Both the position numbers and the translations under genes were made by a program. DNA of 64,000 nucleotides, taken from positions 288,001-352,000 of the forward strand of contig JAYFMW010000020.1 of the NCBI GenBank assembly GCA_042408215.1. Direction: 5' to 3'. Positions within the stretch are counted from its first letter, which is position 1, and every line of letters begins with the position of its first letter. Below the pieces are notes generated by a model. The model ran no database searches. It was given only the letters and a program-made list of their open reading frames with translations, and was not told the DNA's origin. Of this stretch, positions 12,201 through 21,489 are shown one piece after another. This DNA comes from Microcoleus sp. GTDB taxonomy: Bacteria > Cyanobacteriota > Cyanobacteriia > Cyanobacteriales > Microcoleaceae.

Positions 12201-15187
12201 CCCCCGCCCCAACACCGACACCAACACCAGCGCCAACTCCGCTCAACCAACCGCCAGTCACCAACAATGCCAATCTAGCGATCGCGCCCAATAGCAGCGT
12301 CCCACTCCCCGGATTGGGAGGAACCGACCCCGACGGCTCCATCGCCTCTTATACAATCAACACCCTACCAACCGCAGCCCAAGGAGTCCTATTTTTAGGC
12401 GACCCAGCCCAAGGCGGAGTCGCTGTCACCCCCGGTCAAGTCCTGACTCCTGCACAGATTCAGCAGTTATTTTTCCAGTCCACAGGTACGTTCACCGGAG
12501 CCAACTTCAACTACACCGCTACTGATGACAAAGGTCTCAGCAGTCCTGCATCTGCGACTGTATCGGCCTTGCAGCCCGGAGTCAACCAACCGCCGGTGGC
12601 TAACAATGTCAATACGCCGATCGCCCCCAATAGCAGCGTCCCACTCACCGGACTCGGAGGAACCGACCCCGACGGGACGATCGCCTCTTATACAATAGAT
12701 ACTCTACCACCCGCAGCCCAAGGAGTCCTATTCTTAGGCGACCCAGCCCAAGGCGGAGTCGCTGTCACCCCCGGTCAAGTCCTGACACCAGCGCAAATTA
12801 GCCAGTTATTTTTCAAGTCCACAGGTACCTTCACCGGAGCCAACTTCAACTACAGCGCTACTGATGACAAAGGTCTCAGCAGTCCTGCGCCTGCGACTAT
12901 AGCTGCGATACCAGCCCCCGCCGCAACACCGACGCCAACACCAGCGCCAACTCCGGCACCTGTTCCGCTGCCGACGACCGCGCCAATTCCGGCACCAGTT
13001 CCGCTGCCAACACCGACGCCCAACCAACCGCCAGTCGCGACTAATGCTAACTTGAGCATTCCGCCGAACAGCAGCACACCAGTAACGGGATTGAGCGCAA
13101 CCGACCCCGACGGGACGATCGCCTCTTACACCATCAACACCCTGCCAACCGCAGACCAAGGACTGCTATTTTTAGGAGATCCAGCCCAAGGCGGAGTCGC
13201 TGTCACCCCCGGTCAAGTCCTGACTCCTGCACAGATTCAGGAATTATTTTTCCAAACGACTGGCAATTTTACCGGAGCTAATTTCACCTACAGCGCCACC
13301 GACAACAGCGGCGCTACCAGTCCTGCTACGGCTACTGTTGCTGTCGCACTTGGGCAGCCAACTCCGACGCCAACGACCGCGCCCATACCAAATCCGGTTC
13401 CCGAACCAGAAACAGACTGTCAGTGTCAGGCTGTTCTGGAAAAACCGGGAATTAACTTTTTGCCACCAACAGAACCGCCTGGGGTTTCCTTTAACAGCCC
13501 AGGCGCACAAGTCGCAGTTGAGGAACAAACTCTTAAAGGAACCAATGGTAACGACTCCATTCAGGGTAGCAACGCTAACGAAAAAATCATCGGTTTTCAA
13601 GGCCGTGACCTACTTTTAGGTGAAGGTGGCGCAGACGAAATTCACGGCGACGAAGACAACGACACCATTTTTGGCGACATCGGCACGGATATTGTTTACG
13701 GCGGCGACAACAACGATTTAATATTCGCCGGGAAAGACAATGACTGGATTGCTGGTGAATTAGGCTCCGATACCATTTTGGGCGATCGAGGTGCGGATAC
13801 GATTCTCGGAGACACCGGGCTGAACAACTCCCAGAGTCCTAACGATGCTCGCGATTTGATCTTCGGAGGCGACGGTGCAGACGTCATCAACGGTAACGAG
13901 GGCGACGATACCATTCATGCCGGCAAAGGTAACGATATTGCCCTCGGAGGTAAAAACAATGACCTCATCTGGGGCGAACTCGGCTCCGATACTCTGTTGG
14001 GCGGTACAGAAGACGACAGCTTATTTGGCGGAAACCCCGACAAGAGTGTCAGCGACGCCCAGGGACGCGACTTGCTGTACGGAGGTTTCGGCAACGACTT
14101 GCTCAGTGGCCAAGAAAACGAGGATACGCTGATTGGAGGCAAAGATCGCGATCGCGTTTACGGAGGCAAAGGTAATGACCTAATTTTTGGTCAATTAGGC
14201 TCCGATACCCTCTACGGCGGCGAAGGTATTGATACCATCCTCGGTGACAGTGGCAGTTCCAACTCAGTTGGTGATGCTGTTGAACAAGACTTCATCTTTG
14301 GTGGCACCGGTGGGGACTCGATCGCCGGCGGCAACGGCGATGATACCGTGCTAGCAGGTAAGGGCAACGATGGCGTTTGGGGCGGCAAAGATAACGACTT
14401 GATTTGGGGCGAACTCGGTAACGATACCCTTACCGGGGACAGTGGCGACGACACCCTGTACGGCGGGGTTCGAGGTTTAGTGAAAGATGCCGACGGAAAG
14501 GACTTGCTCTTTGGCAATATCGGTTCTGACTTATTATTCGGTGACGAAGCTGACGATACTCTCAGTGGCGGTAAGGGCAATGATTCCCTGTACGGGGGCA
14601 AGGGTAACGACCTCATCAACGGAGACAGCGAGGACGACTTAATTTACGGCGGTGATGGCAACGATGAGCTCTGCGGCGGCGAGGGCAACGATACCATCTA
14701 TGGCGATCGCGCAGATAACAAGGGCGTCCCAGTGGCTGCGGCCGGCCAGCAAGATTGCATCAACGGCGGTGCTGGTAATGACCTAATCTACGGCAACGAA
14801 GGGGAAGATACGCTCAACGGCGATGCTGGTAACGATACCTTGATTGGCGGTAAAGACAACGACATTCTGTTTGGAGGCGAAGGAGATGACTGGCTGTTTG
14901 GAGGCTTGGGTGACAATACTTTATCTGGAGGTGCCGGAAGCGATCAATTTATCTTGAGTGCTGGGAACGGCTCGAATACCATTCTTAACTTCCAGGTTGG
15001 CATCGATCAATTTGTGTTGACCGGTGGGCTGAGTTTCGAGCAGTTGCAACTCACCCCAACCCAGAACGGTACATTGCTGCGAATAGCAGGCACCGGGCAA
15101 GTTTTAGCGGACTTTGTAGGGGCCTCCGGTGCGATCGGCTCCTCTGATTTCCGATCGAATCTCTTGTCACCAACAAAATGGGTTTGA
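6278..15187 (+). CDS. Giant repetitive RTX adhesin / surface protein (DUF4347, lectin-like domain, DUF11 repeats, Pro/Thr linkers, Ig/cadherin-like repeats, Ca-binding RTX repeats)
   Basis: IHIVSHG...LLYGCNIA...GGDWELE (DUF4347); FKFGFAASTG (legume-lectin-like); ADLATTKTG repeats; NQPPV..TDPDG repeats; many GGxGxD nonapeptides. The ORF opens at 6170; the ATG at 6278 is an inferred start. Confidence 0.85.
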   Translation: MATTTLRGAGSKVETAHPKNLAIVDSKVENYEQLVRGVKRGTEVILLDPARDGIEQITEILGDRSGIDSIHIVSHGALAALQLGSTELNIHNLDTYSSQLQQWGKSLSESASILLYGCNIAAGESGLKFVQKIWELTGANIAASNNLTGSAALGGDWELEIAIGQINGELAFEKEVLEGYPSVLATLVTEDFKQTTVIGPWIYGTAGTSANPGLTAGAANNPNGVIPNLGTGDPAGSGALRLTSNTKSQAAFVLYNNPISSTDGLRVTFDFFSYNISADSSNNLGADGTSFFLIDGTATPTKAGGFGGSLGYAPNNNTAQTLSSTGISGGYLGVGLDEFGAFSVSQPGTGGRVGGDLAKPDSVAVRGRESTSYNFLTTASVPGGIDNKTNNINTTIRSDAKRSVQITLFPATSATPNRLTVAVNLNNNFDSNKNPIFDPGETLIDIPNLATTNGAVPSTFKFGFAASTGPSTNIHELNNLLVETVDTPTLTADVSIVKKGPQVAALGSTITYTIAATNIELSTSDAKDVLIQDILPPGLTGVSVSDGGTYNTLTRTVSWPVIPTLASGGSVTYTITAIAPATPTTITNVAYSNSSTFDPVPANNNSSLPTSKAITTITAVADLATTKTGPATETAGRTVSYTISTVNNGPNTAENVTITDSIIPDLTIVSISDGGTYNNGIVTFPAVTLTDKQTVNRTISFIAPAGVTVSNTASSKSSALDLTPSNDAATFTTTLTPSADLATTKTGPATETAGRTVSYTITTRNNGPSTAENVTITDSIIPDLTIVSISDGGTYNSGTGIVTFPPVTLTNTASTTRTISFIAPAGVTVSNTASSKSSALDLTPSNDAATFTTTLTPSADLATTKTGPATETAGRTVSYTITTRNNGPSTAENVTITDSIIPDLTIVSISDGGTYNSGTGIVTFPPVTLTNTASTTRTISFIAPAGVTVSNTASSKSSALDLTPSNDAATFTTTLTPTPTPTPTPPTPTPTPTPTPTPPTPTPTPTPTPTPPTPTPTPTPPTPTPTPTPPTPTPTPVNQPPVTNNANLAIAPNSSVPLPGLGGTDPDGSIASYTINTLPTAAQGVLFLGNPAQGGVAVTPGQVLTPAQIQQLFFQSTGTFTGANFKYTATDDKGLSSPASATVSALQPGVNQPPVANNVNLAIAPNSSVPLTGLGGTDPDGTIASYTIDTLPTAAQGVLFLGDPAQGGVAITPGQELTPAQISQLFFQSTGAFTGANFNYSATDDKGLSSPAPATIAALLAPAPTPTPTPAPTPLNQPPVTNNANLAIAPNSSVPLPGLGGTDPDGSIASYTINTLPTAAQGVLFLGDPAQGGVAVTPGQVLTPAQIQQLFFQSTGTFTGANFNYTATDDKGLSSPASATVSALQPGVNQPPVANNVNTPIAPNSSVPLTGLGGTDPDGTIASYTIDTLPPAAQGVLFLGDPAQGGVAVTPGRVLTPAQISQLFFKSTDAFTGANFNYSATDDKGLSSPAPATIAALLAPAPTPTPTPAPTPLNQPPVTNNANLAIAPNSSVPLPGLGGTDPDGSIASYTINTLPTAAQGVLFLGDPAQGGVAVTPGQVLTPAQIQQLFFQSTGTFTGANFNYTATDDKGLSSPASATVSALQPGVNQPPVANNVNTPIAPNSSVPLTGLGGTDPDGTIASYTIDTLPTAAQGVLFLGDPAQGGVAITPGQELTPAQISQLFFQSTGAFTGANFNYSATDDKGLSSPAPATIAALLAPAPTPTPTPAPTPLNQPPVTNNANLAIAPNSSVPLPGLGGTDPDGSIASYTINTLPTAAQGVLFLGDPAQGGVAVTPGQVLTPAQIQQLFFQSTGTFTGANFNYTATDDKGLSSPASATVSALQPGVNQPPVANNVNTPIAPNSSVPLTGLGGTDPDGTIASYTIDTLPPAAQGVLFLGDPAQGGVAVTPGRVLTPAQISQLFFKSTDAFTGANFNYSATDDKGLSSPAPATIAALLAPAPTPTPTPAPTPLNQPPVTNNANLAIAPNSSVPLPGLGGTDPDGSIASYTINTLPTAAQGVLFLGDPAQGGVAVTPGQVLTPAQIQQLFFQSTGTFTGANFNYTATDDKGLSSPASATVSALQPGVNQPPVANNVNTPIAPNSSVPLTGLGGTDPDGTIASYTIDTLPPAAQGVLFLGDPAQGGVAVTPGQVLTPAQISQLFFKSTGTFTGANFNYSATDDKGLSSPAPATIAAIPAPAATPTPTPAPTPAPVPLPTTAPIPAPVPLPTPTPNQPPVATNANLSIPPNSSTPVTGLSATDPDGTIASYTINTLPTADQGLLFLGDPAQGGVAVTPGQVLTPAQIQELFFQTTGNFTGANFTYSATDNSGATSPATATVAVALGQPTPTPTTAPIPNPVPEPETDCQCQAVLEKPGINFLPPTEPPGVSFNSPGAQVAVEEQTLKGTNGNDSIQGSNANEKIIGFQGRDLLLGEGGADEIHGDEDNDTIFGDIGTDIVYGGDNNDLIFAGKDNDWIAGELGSDTILGDRGADTILGDTGLNNSQSPNDARDLIFGGDGADVINGNEGDDTIHAGKGNDIALGGKNNDLIWGELGSDTLLGGTEDDSLFGGNPDKSVSDAQGRDLLYGGFGNDLLSGQENEDTLIGGKDRDRVYGGKGNDLIFGQLGSDTLYGGEGIDTILGDSGSSNSVGDAVEQDFIFGGTGGDSIAGGNGDDTVLAGKGNDGVWGGKDNDLIWGELGNDTLTGDSGDDTLYGGVRGLVKDADGKDLLFGNIGSDLLFGDEADDTLSGGKGNDSLYGGKGNDLINGDSEDDLIYGGDGNDELCGGEGNDTIYGDRADNKGVPVAAAGQQDCINGGAGNDLIYGNEGEDTLNGDAGNDTLIGGKDNDILFGGEGDDWLFGGLGDNTLSGGAGSDQFILSAGNGSNTILNFQVGIDQFVLTGGLSFEQLQLTPTQNGTLLRIAGTGQVLADFVGASGAIGSSDFRSNLLSPTKWV
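8139..9210 (+). repeat. Three ~360-nt tandem DUF11-type coding repeats
   Basis: Units 2 and 3 are essentially identical at DNA level. Confidence 0.85.
9387..13340 (+). repeat. 714-nt tandem coding repeats (five A+B pairs plus one diverged unit)
   Basis: Identical antisense ORFs recur at 9994, 10708, 11422 and 12136 (period 714). Confidence 0.9.
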
Positions 15188-15567
15188 AGCCCCGTCCTTA
15201 TAGGACGGCTTTAATTGTAAAACTTTGTTGCAATATCAAATATCTTGTGCTAAATAGCTGAGAATTTAGAAAAGCAAGTAAGAACAACCATCTACGTGTT
15301 GAAACGATATCAAAAGGTGAGACTCCTGGGTTGGATCGCTCCTCGGCAATGCCGAGCCTGTCCAAACACGTAATAGTGAATCGTTGAGCGTACCTAACTG
15401 GATTATTGGTGGACTCAGAAAGCAATCTAAAAACAAAAGTAAGCGCAACTGCAATACTTCTCGTACCAGTAGTTGTTTCGAGCGTGTAGAGGTGATTTGA
15501 CAGCGCCTTTAAGACTCAAATTGTGGTCTTAATAATCTCCGTGGCGTTGATTCCCGGAGAGTGTCAA
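15171..15567 (+). mobile_element. Non-autonomous ORF-less IS200/IS605 derivative (E1) with putative ncRNA core
   Basis: Target TCAC, left-end hairpin CCGTCC-TTATA-GGACGG, right-end hairpin ending GTGTCAA, tnpB-like tail remnant (CRGDLTAPLRLKLWS*). Confidence 0.75.
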
Positions 15568-15608
15568 AATAGGGTTAGCATTGGGGACTTTCGTCCCCAA
15601 AATCCTAC

Positions 15609-16295
15609 TTATAATTGCTTTCGCAAAAACAGTCGCCGCGGCTGTCCCAAAAGCCAATTACTCCAATGTCCATCCACTTGTTCCAAGCGATAGCCAGCCT
15701 GATAGTATAACTGTCGCGCTGCGTGATTATTTTCCAGAACGTGGAGGTAAATCTCATCAAATCCCCACTCTCGCGCAGTCTTCTCGCAGTTGCTGAGCAA
15801 CTCTTGAGCAACCCCCAGCCGCCGATACTCCGGGTGAACTGCTAAATTCGACAAATAAGGATAGTCCAAACTTGGTAGTTCCCAAGGGAGGCGAGAACGG
15901 AGGGCCATTTCTACGGTTCCGGCTAAACACTCGGCCCGGTTCGATCGATATTTATGTGTCCCATCCTCCATCGATGGTTCGACTGCGTTGATCCTGAGCG
16001 TATTCGAAGGACTCAGGATAAACGCAGTCGTTGGGCTCACCAAGCATCGCATCTCTACAACTAAGCAAATATAATGCTCCGACCCAGAACGGAGTCGATT
16101 TTTTAAATCTTCGTAAATACCCAACCGCAACACCGGATACAACCAATCCACAAACCCCTCACCAGAGTGAAAGCTGAGGGCCAGCAGATCGGCTAGCAGT
16201 GCCAGATCCTTAGACGCAGCCACCCGAACCGAAAAGCCAGAGCTGTCGGGGGTTGTTTGGTGGTGGGAGGTTGAGGGAAAAAAAGAAGGATTCAC
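15609..16295 (-). CDS. GNAT family N-acetyltransferase
   Basis: YLSNLAVHPEYRRLGVA..LL, LHVLENNHAARQLY. Confidence 0.9.
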   Translation of the reverse strand: MNPSFFPSTSHHQTTPDSSGFSVRVAASKDLALLADLLALSFHSGEGFVDWLYPVLRLGIYEDLKNRLRSGSEHYICLVVEMRCLVSPTTAFILSPSNTLRINAVEPSMEDGTHKYRSNRAECLAGTVEMALRSRLPWELPSLDYPYLSNLAVHPEYRRLGVAQELLSNCEKTAREWGFDEIYLHVLENNHAARQLYYQAGYRLEQVDGHWSNWLLGQPRRLFLRKQL

Positions 16296-16526
16296 AATTC
16301 CTTGCCGCTATATTGATTTTTTTTGTACAGACAGCCAGCCAGCCCAGTCAAAGGCTTAAAGATCAGTGCGCAAGATATCAGATATATCTCACTCTACCAC
16401 TGGTCGAACGACCCAGATTCCCACTTTTTTTTGCCAGCCCACCCCGCACTCTCGCCTGTCAGGAAAAAAGTAAGGGAAAAAAGCATCGAACCTTCAGGGA
16501 CGGGGATTCTTGTTTCAAAGATAGTC

Positions 16527-16575
16527 TATAGCACTTCTGTGTTAAATGAGATATTTAACACAGAAGTGCTATAGC
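16527..16575. repeat. Perfect 22-bp-arm palindrome (fused IS630-type MITE ends)
   Basis: CTATAGCACTTCTGTGTTAAAT-GAGAT-ATTTAACACAGAAGTGCTATAG. Confidence 0.7.
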
Positions 16576-16950
16576 GGTTTTATGAATGAAGTGAGGTACA
16601 GGAGGCAATTGGCAATTCACTTCTCTGAAAAGGAAACATCTATACTTCGACTACGCGAGCGTACAAGTGCCCTATGCCCTATGCCCTATGCCCCATCTTT
16701 GTTATTTGTTATTTGTTATTTGTTAGTTGACGGTTGACTGTTGACGGTTGACTGTTGACTGTTGAGTTTCTTCATTCCCAATGCCCTATGCCCAATGCCC
16801 CATGCCCTATGCCCTATGCCCCATGCCCTATGCCCAATGCCCCATGCCCAATGCCCAATGCCCTATGCCCTATGCCCTATGCCCTATGCCCAATGCCCTA
16901 TGCCCCATGCCCTATGCCCATGAGCACCTCCAGAAACCTGAGAAAGGCTA
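16572..16950. mobile_element. MITE family A (IS630/Tc1-like ends, TA-flanked) with STRR cargo
   Basis: TAGCGG...GTGAGGTAC and CACCTC...TGAGAAAGGCTA ends; interior (TGCCCYA)n, (TTATTTG)n and (GTTGACT)n. Confidence 0.6.
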
Positions 16951-17785
16951 TATATTCTCAACTAACCTGTAAGGTTCAAGGGTTTACCAATCACCGAAAA
17001 CAGTGCAAACAGATTAAATAAACTCGCCGATACCACTCGAAAATTATTTATTAAGAATGGTGCAAAATCTGAGCGATCGTCAATCTTTAAAAATGATTAT
17101 TTGTTGTATTGGCTTGAGCTTAAATTCGTAATTTAAGTTAAACATTTTGTTTCTTCTTTACCTACAGTCAGGGCTAGTCTTACCAAATAGACAACCATTT
17201 TCCTGTGTTGGCTATAGGAGCAGCGGCTGACTTAAGTCAGGGAATGCCCTCTGGTTTTTCGTAGTTGACATCTAGAGCGCTGGGCGAGCGTCGGAACAAC
17301 CTCGATCGACAATTCCTCACTAGCCTTATACTTTGTTACCAAGGACTCAGACAATCTCGATCGAGCTATGTGGCCGGTTTCCAGAGAGTACATCCCTGGT
17401 TAAGATTAACAGATGGATGCTCTCGCTTGCGGTAAAACACCCCAGTAATTGGCAATTTCAGGTCTGTAGGAGGCACAAAAGATGCGGATGATGGGGAAAA
17501 GACAGCAAGTCTCAGTCAAATAGTACAGCTAATTGGGTGACTCGCACAGACGCCTCCCTAGTCTGTGAATATCATTAATAATTGGGGTGTACCACAGAAA
17601 ACTGTGAATCAGAAGAATTCCGAATCGAGAACGGGTAGGTGAAATCAAGGTTTATCTTTGGTGCTGGCTAATTCACAACAACTTCAGATTGACGAACTCT
17701 TGTGACTTAAGCAATTGAAACAGGTAAATTCTTCCAAAATCAGACCGATTAAATTGAACAATCCCCAGGCACAGGAGAGCGGTGG

Positions 17786-20700
17786 ATGAATTCCCAAGAA
17801 AATCCTAAACTAAAAATTCTGGTCGTTGATGATGAACCGGATAACCTCGACTTGCTTTACCGCACCTTCCATCGGGAATACAAAGTGCTCAGGGCTGAAT
17901 CAGGCCCCGCCGCCCTAGAAATTTTGGCTAGATCAGGCGAAGTTGCTGTGATTATCTCGGATCAGCGAATGCCTAAAATGAGCGGTACGGAGTTTCTGAG
18001 TCTGACGGCGGCTCAGTACCCAGACGTGATCCGAATTATTTTAACTGGCTATACGGATGTTGAAGATTTAGTCGAAGCTATTAATGCTGGCAAAGTATTC
18101 AAATATGTTACCAAGCCTTGGGATGCTGAATCACTCAGAGCTCTTGTCCGTCAAGCGGTTGAAACTCACAATCTCCTGAAAGCCCGTACCAATGAACTGC
18201 GTAGGGCCCTCAGCCAAGAATCGCTGCTTTATGCTGTTACCAATACTATCCGATCGGCTCCCAACTACCAGCAGATGCTGCAAAGAATTGTGGAAACAGT
18301 CGGCCAGATGTTTGAGGTCAGTTGCTGTCTGCTGCGGCCGTTCCAAGATGGCTCTGTGGCAGATGAATGGTTCATCTACCAAGGTGCTGAAACGAAACGG
18401 CAAGATGCCGATGGTGTCTCGGAGGGCATCATGTCGCCAGATTTGCTGTCGCTGTTGGTCTGGGAAACTATGGAGGTGGAGGTGATTCAAGATGCCCAAA
18501 CGGACGATCGAGTTTTAAACTGGGAAAATGACCAGCGCTCGGAGGCTTACCGGGCTGCGAAGATCCGCTCTAGCTTAATCGTACCGCTGTTTTATCAACG
18601 GGAACTGATGGCAGTCTTGGCGCTGCACTCCTTCGAGCAGCCACGCCAATGGCAAGACCACGAGGTACAGTTGGTGACTACGGTGGCTGACCAAGCGGCT
18701 TTGGCACTTTCTCAAGCCCGGGCTTACGAACAGGTGCGGGCACTGGCAAAGCGCGAAGCTCTAGTTAATACTATTACTACGGCGATTCGATCGAGCCTCG
18801 ACCCCCAAAATATTTTTGCGGCGATTACTGAACAACTGGGACAAGCTCTACAAGTTGACGGCTGCGCGCTATCTCTGTGGACAGAAGACGACGAGTACGT
18901 CCAATGCGTGGGACTCTACGAAGCGACTAGCGATGCTGTTTCTGTACAAGAGGATTTTAACAGTCCGGGGATACTCCTTGTGACTCCCAGTATTGAGCAA
19001 GGGAATACCAGCGATCAAAGCAGCCCTCGCGCCTGGGTTTTGGCCCATTCTTCCCTACCGCAGTCTTTGGTGCCGATTCAAGGTAATCCGGTTTTACGGC
19101 AAGTTATGATGTCGAAACAGCCGGTGGTGATTGAAGACCTGGACGATCGCCCCGATCTAAATGTTACAGAAGTGCAACTGCGATCGCCCGCCCGCGCCCT
19201 GTTAGTCGTCCCCTTGCTCTGTGACGGCAAAATCATCGGCAGTATTTCCCTGCGCCAAAATACCCATACCCGCCGCTGGCAACCCTCAGAAATTGACCTG
19301 GCTCAAATAGTCGCAACTCAAGCTGCTCTGGCAGTACAGCAGTCCCGCCTCTACCAAACTACCAGACAACAGGCAGAACGGCTGCTAGAAGCCGATCGAC
19401 TCAAAACCGAGTTTTTCCAAAATATCTCTCACGAATTCCGCACACCCCTAACTCTGACCATCGGGCCTTTAGAGTCCGCCTGCGCCCGCCAAGAAGATTT
19501 GCCCTATGCACAAGCGGCCATCGCTCTTCGCAATTCCCGCCGCTTGCTGCGTTTGGTAAATCAACTGCTGGACTTGCAGCGGCTGGATGCCGGACGGATG
19601 CAGCCGAGTTTTCGCCCCTGCGATTTGGTGGGTTTCTGTTACTCTACCGCAGAGTCGTTCCGCGCCTACTGCGAGAAAAAAGGCCTGCATTTAATTACTC
19701 AATTACAAGACAGTCCTTTACTCTATTTGGATATTGAAAGATTTGACAAAGTTCTCTATAACCTGCTATCGAATGCGGTCAAATTTACGCCAGAAGGTGG
19801 AAGCATTACGCTGAAAGTCCAACCCGCTGGCGCTCACTGTTTGCTGCAAGTTAAAGATACCGGCATTGGCATTCGCACCGAACAAATTCCCTATTTGTTT
19901 GAGCGTTTCCGCCAAGCTGAGGGCTCTACCAACCGTTCCTACGAAGGCAGCGGTTTAGGTTTGGCACTGGTAAAGGAATTAGTGGAACTGCACGGCGGTC
20001 AAGTTTCGGTGGAGTCGGTTTATGGTGAAGGCTCTACTTTTACGGTTTGGCTGCACGTCGGTTCGACTCACTTACCTCCTGAACAGGTGCTGGAAATACC
20101 GGCGGAGTTTCACTCATCGAAAGCTGCGGTGGAATTGGCTGATGTGGAAGCCGATTTGTCTGATGCTGAATTTGCCTCTGAGAGTTTTGAGGGGATCAAT
20201 CCTGTAAGTTCAGAAACAGTCGTTGGCACTGTTTTGGTGGTTGACGACAATCCCGATTTGCGCTTCTATGTGTCGGGAATTCTGCGAGATTCCGGCTTTG
20301 CGGTTTTGCTGGCCCGCAACGGGGAGGAAGGATTTGCGGTGGCAAAAAACCGCCTCCCAGATTTGATTGTGACAGATTTAATGATGCCTTTGGTTTCTGG
20401 TTTGGATTTGATCAAGATGCTCCGAGAGGATGAGGAATTGAAAGGAACTCCGGTAATTTTGCTGACGGCTAAAGCTGATGAAGATACTCGAATAGAAGGG
20501 GTAGTACGGGGAGCTGATGCTTATTTGTCTAAGCCTTTTAACGATCGAGAATTATTAGCAGAAGTGCGGAATTTGATCGCCCTCAAACAAAATGAACGCC
20601 GGGTGCAGCAGTTGAATACTTATTTAACTGAGTCGGTGCTGCGCCGATTTTTGCCACCGGCGATGGTGAAGGCGGCGGCGGCGGGAGATTTGGCGCTGGA

Positions 20701-21289
20701 TTTGCGCCCGGAACCGCGATTAATTACTATTTTGTTTAGCGATATTGTCGGTTTTACTGAAATGGCAAATACGCTGAGATCGCGCCGGGTGGCTGAGTTG
20801 TTGAATGAATATTTGGCCGCGATGACAAAGGCGATTTTTGACAGTGGCGGTACGGTGGACAAGTTTGTCGGAGATGCGGTAATGGCAATATTTGGAGCGC
20901 CGGAGGAACTGAGTCCCAACGAGCAGGTGCGCCGTGCTGTGGCGGCTGCAAAGCAAATGCTGCTATCCCTGAAGGAGCTTAACAAGGGCTGGATTGAGCA
21001 GGGAATCGTTGGGGAGAATGGCGTGCCTCCGGTGCGGTTTCGCTGCGGTATTCATCAGGGTACTGCTGTGGTGGGGATGTTTGGCGGCCCGGAGCGATCG
21101 GACTATACTGCGATCGGACCGAGCGTGAATATTGCGGCCCGCTTGCAAGAGGTTGCGGAACCGAATAGTGTGCTGATTTCGGCGGCGGTTGCAGATTATG
21201 TTGAGGAGGATCGAATTGTTAAATATAAGTCGCTGCAACTGAAGGGAATTGATGAAACAGTATTGACTTTTGTACTTAATTGTGATTAG
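17786..21289 (+). CDS. cyaC: Hybrid adenylate cyclase CyaC (REC-GAF-GAF-HisKA/HATPase-REC-class III cyclase)
   Basis: Domain order is typical of cyanobacterial CyaC; SHEFRTPL, FSDIVGFT, DKFVGDAVM, NIAARLQ. Confidence 0.88.
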   Translation: MNSQENPKLKILVVDDEPDNLDLLYRTFHREYKVLRAESGPAALEILARSGEVAVIISDQRMPKMSGTEFLSLTAAQYPDVIRIILTGYTDVEDLVEAINAGKVFKYVTKPWDAESLRALVRQAVETHNLLKARTNELRRALSQESLLYAVTNTIRSAPNYQQMLQRIVETVGQMFEVSCCLLRPFQDGSVADEWFIYQGAETKRQDADGVSEGIMSPDLLSLLVWETMEVEVIQDAQTDDRVLNWENDQRSEAYRAAKIRSSLIVPLFYQRELMAVLALHSFEQPRQWQDHEVQLVTTVADQAALALSQARAYEQVRALAKREALVNTITTAIRSSLDPQNIFAAITEQLGQALQVDGCALSLWTEDDEYVQCVGLYEATSDAVSVQEDFNSPGILLVTPSIEQGNTSDQSSPRAWVLAHSSLPQSLVPIQGNPVLRQVMMSKQPVVIEDLDDRPDLNVTEVQLRSPARALLVVPLLCDGKIIGSISLRQNTHTRRWQPSEIDLAQIVATQAALAVQQSRLYQTTRQQAERLLEADRLKTEFFQNISHEFRTPLTLTIGPLESACARQEDLPYAQAAIALRNSRRLLRLVNQLLDLQRLDAGRMQPSFRPCDLVGFCYSTAESFRAYCEKKGLHLITQLQDSPLLYLDIERFDKVLYNLLSNAVKFTPEGGSITLKVQPAGAHCLLQVKDTGIGIRTEQIPYLFERFRQAEGSTNRSYEGSGLGLALVKELVELHGGQVSVESVYGEGSTFTVWLHVGSTHLPPEQVLEIPAEFHSSKAAVELADVEADLSDAEFASESFEGINPVSSETVVGTVLVVDDNPDLRFYVSGILRDSGFAVLLARNGEEGFAVAKNRLPDLIVTDLMMPLVSGLDLIKMLREDEELKGTPVILLTAKADEDTRIEGVVRGADAYLSKPFNDRELLAEVRNLIALKQNERRVQQLNTYLTESVLRRFLPPAMVKAAAAGDLALDLRPEPRLITILFSDIVGFTEMANTLRSRRVAELLNEYLAAMTKAIFDSGGTVDKFVGDAVMAIFGAPEELSPNEQVRRAVAAAKQMLLSLKELNKGWIEQGIVGENGVPPVRFRCGIHQGTAVVGMFGGPERSDYTAIGPSVNIAARLQEVAEPNSVLISAAVADYVEEDRIVKYKSLQLKGIDETVLTFVLNCD

Positions 21290-21440
21290 TCATTAGTCAT
21301 TAGTCATTAGTCATTAGTCATTAGTCATTAGTCATTAGTCATTGGTCATTGGTCATTGGGAATGGGGAATTGGGTTATTGGGAATTCGTAATTCGTAATT
21401 CGTCATTCGTAATTCGTAATTCGTCATTAGTCATTAGTTA
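21286..21440. repeat. STRR heptamer arrays (TAGTCAT)n, (GGGAATT)n, (TTCGTAA)n
   Basis: Read directly from the sequence. Confidence 0.9.
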
Positions 21441-21489
21441 GATAGAGTCCGAGCGCTCGCTTATATTTATTGTTGAGTGCGAGTGATTG

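Noticed and set aside
8197..14619. Many antisense and alternative-frame ORFs within the adhesin
   Set aside because: Shadow ORFs of repetitive, codon-biased coding sequence
15260..15450. Group I intron (IStron) interpretation of the E1/E2 core
   Set aside because: No recognisable P7 pairing (GACUA / UAGUC) or R/S motifs by eye; a covariance-model search is needed to exclude it fully
15198..15454. Minus-strand ORFs in E1 (and 43072..43350 in E2) as a conserved small protein
   Set aside because: The shared DNA blocks fall in different reading frames in the two copies, so the conservation is not at protein level
16546..17021. ORFs such as MPYALCPMP..., LFVICY... and PSPQNGRETA...
   Set aside because: These are translations of STRR/REP tandem repeats (also at 26447-26944, 31353-31763, 37735-38147 and 46125-46343)
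17020..17785. ncRNA or riboswitch in the long region upstream of cyaC
   Set aside because: No recognisable motif or convincing structure by eye
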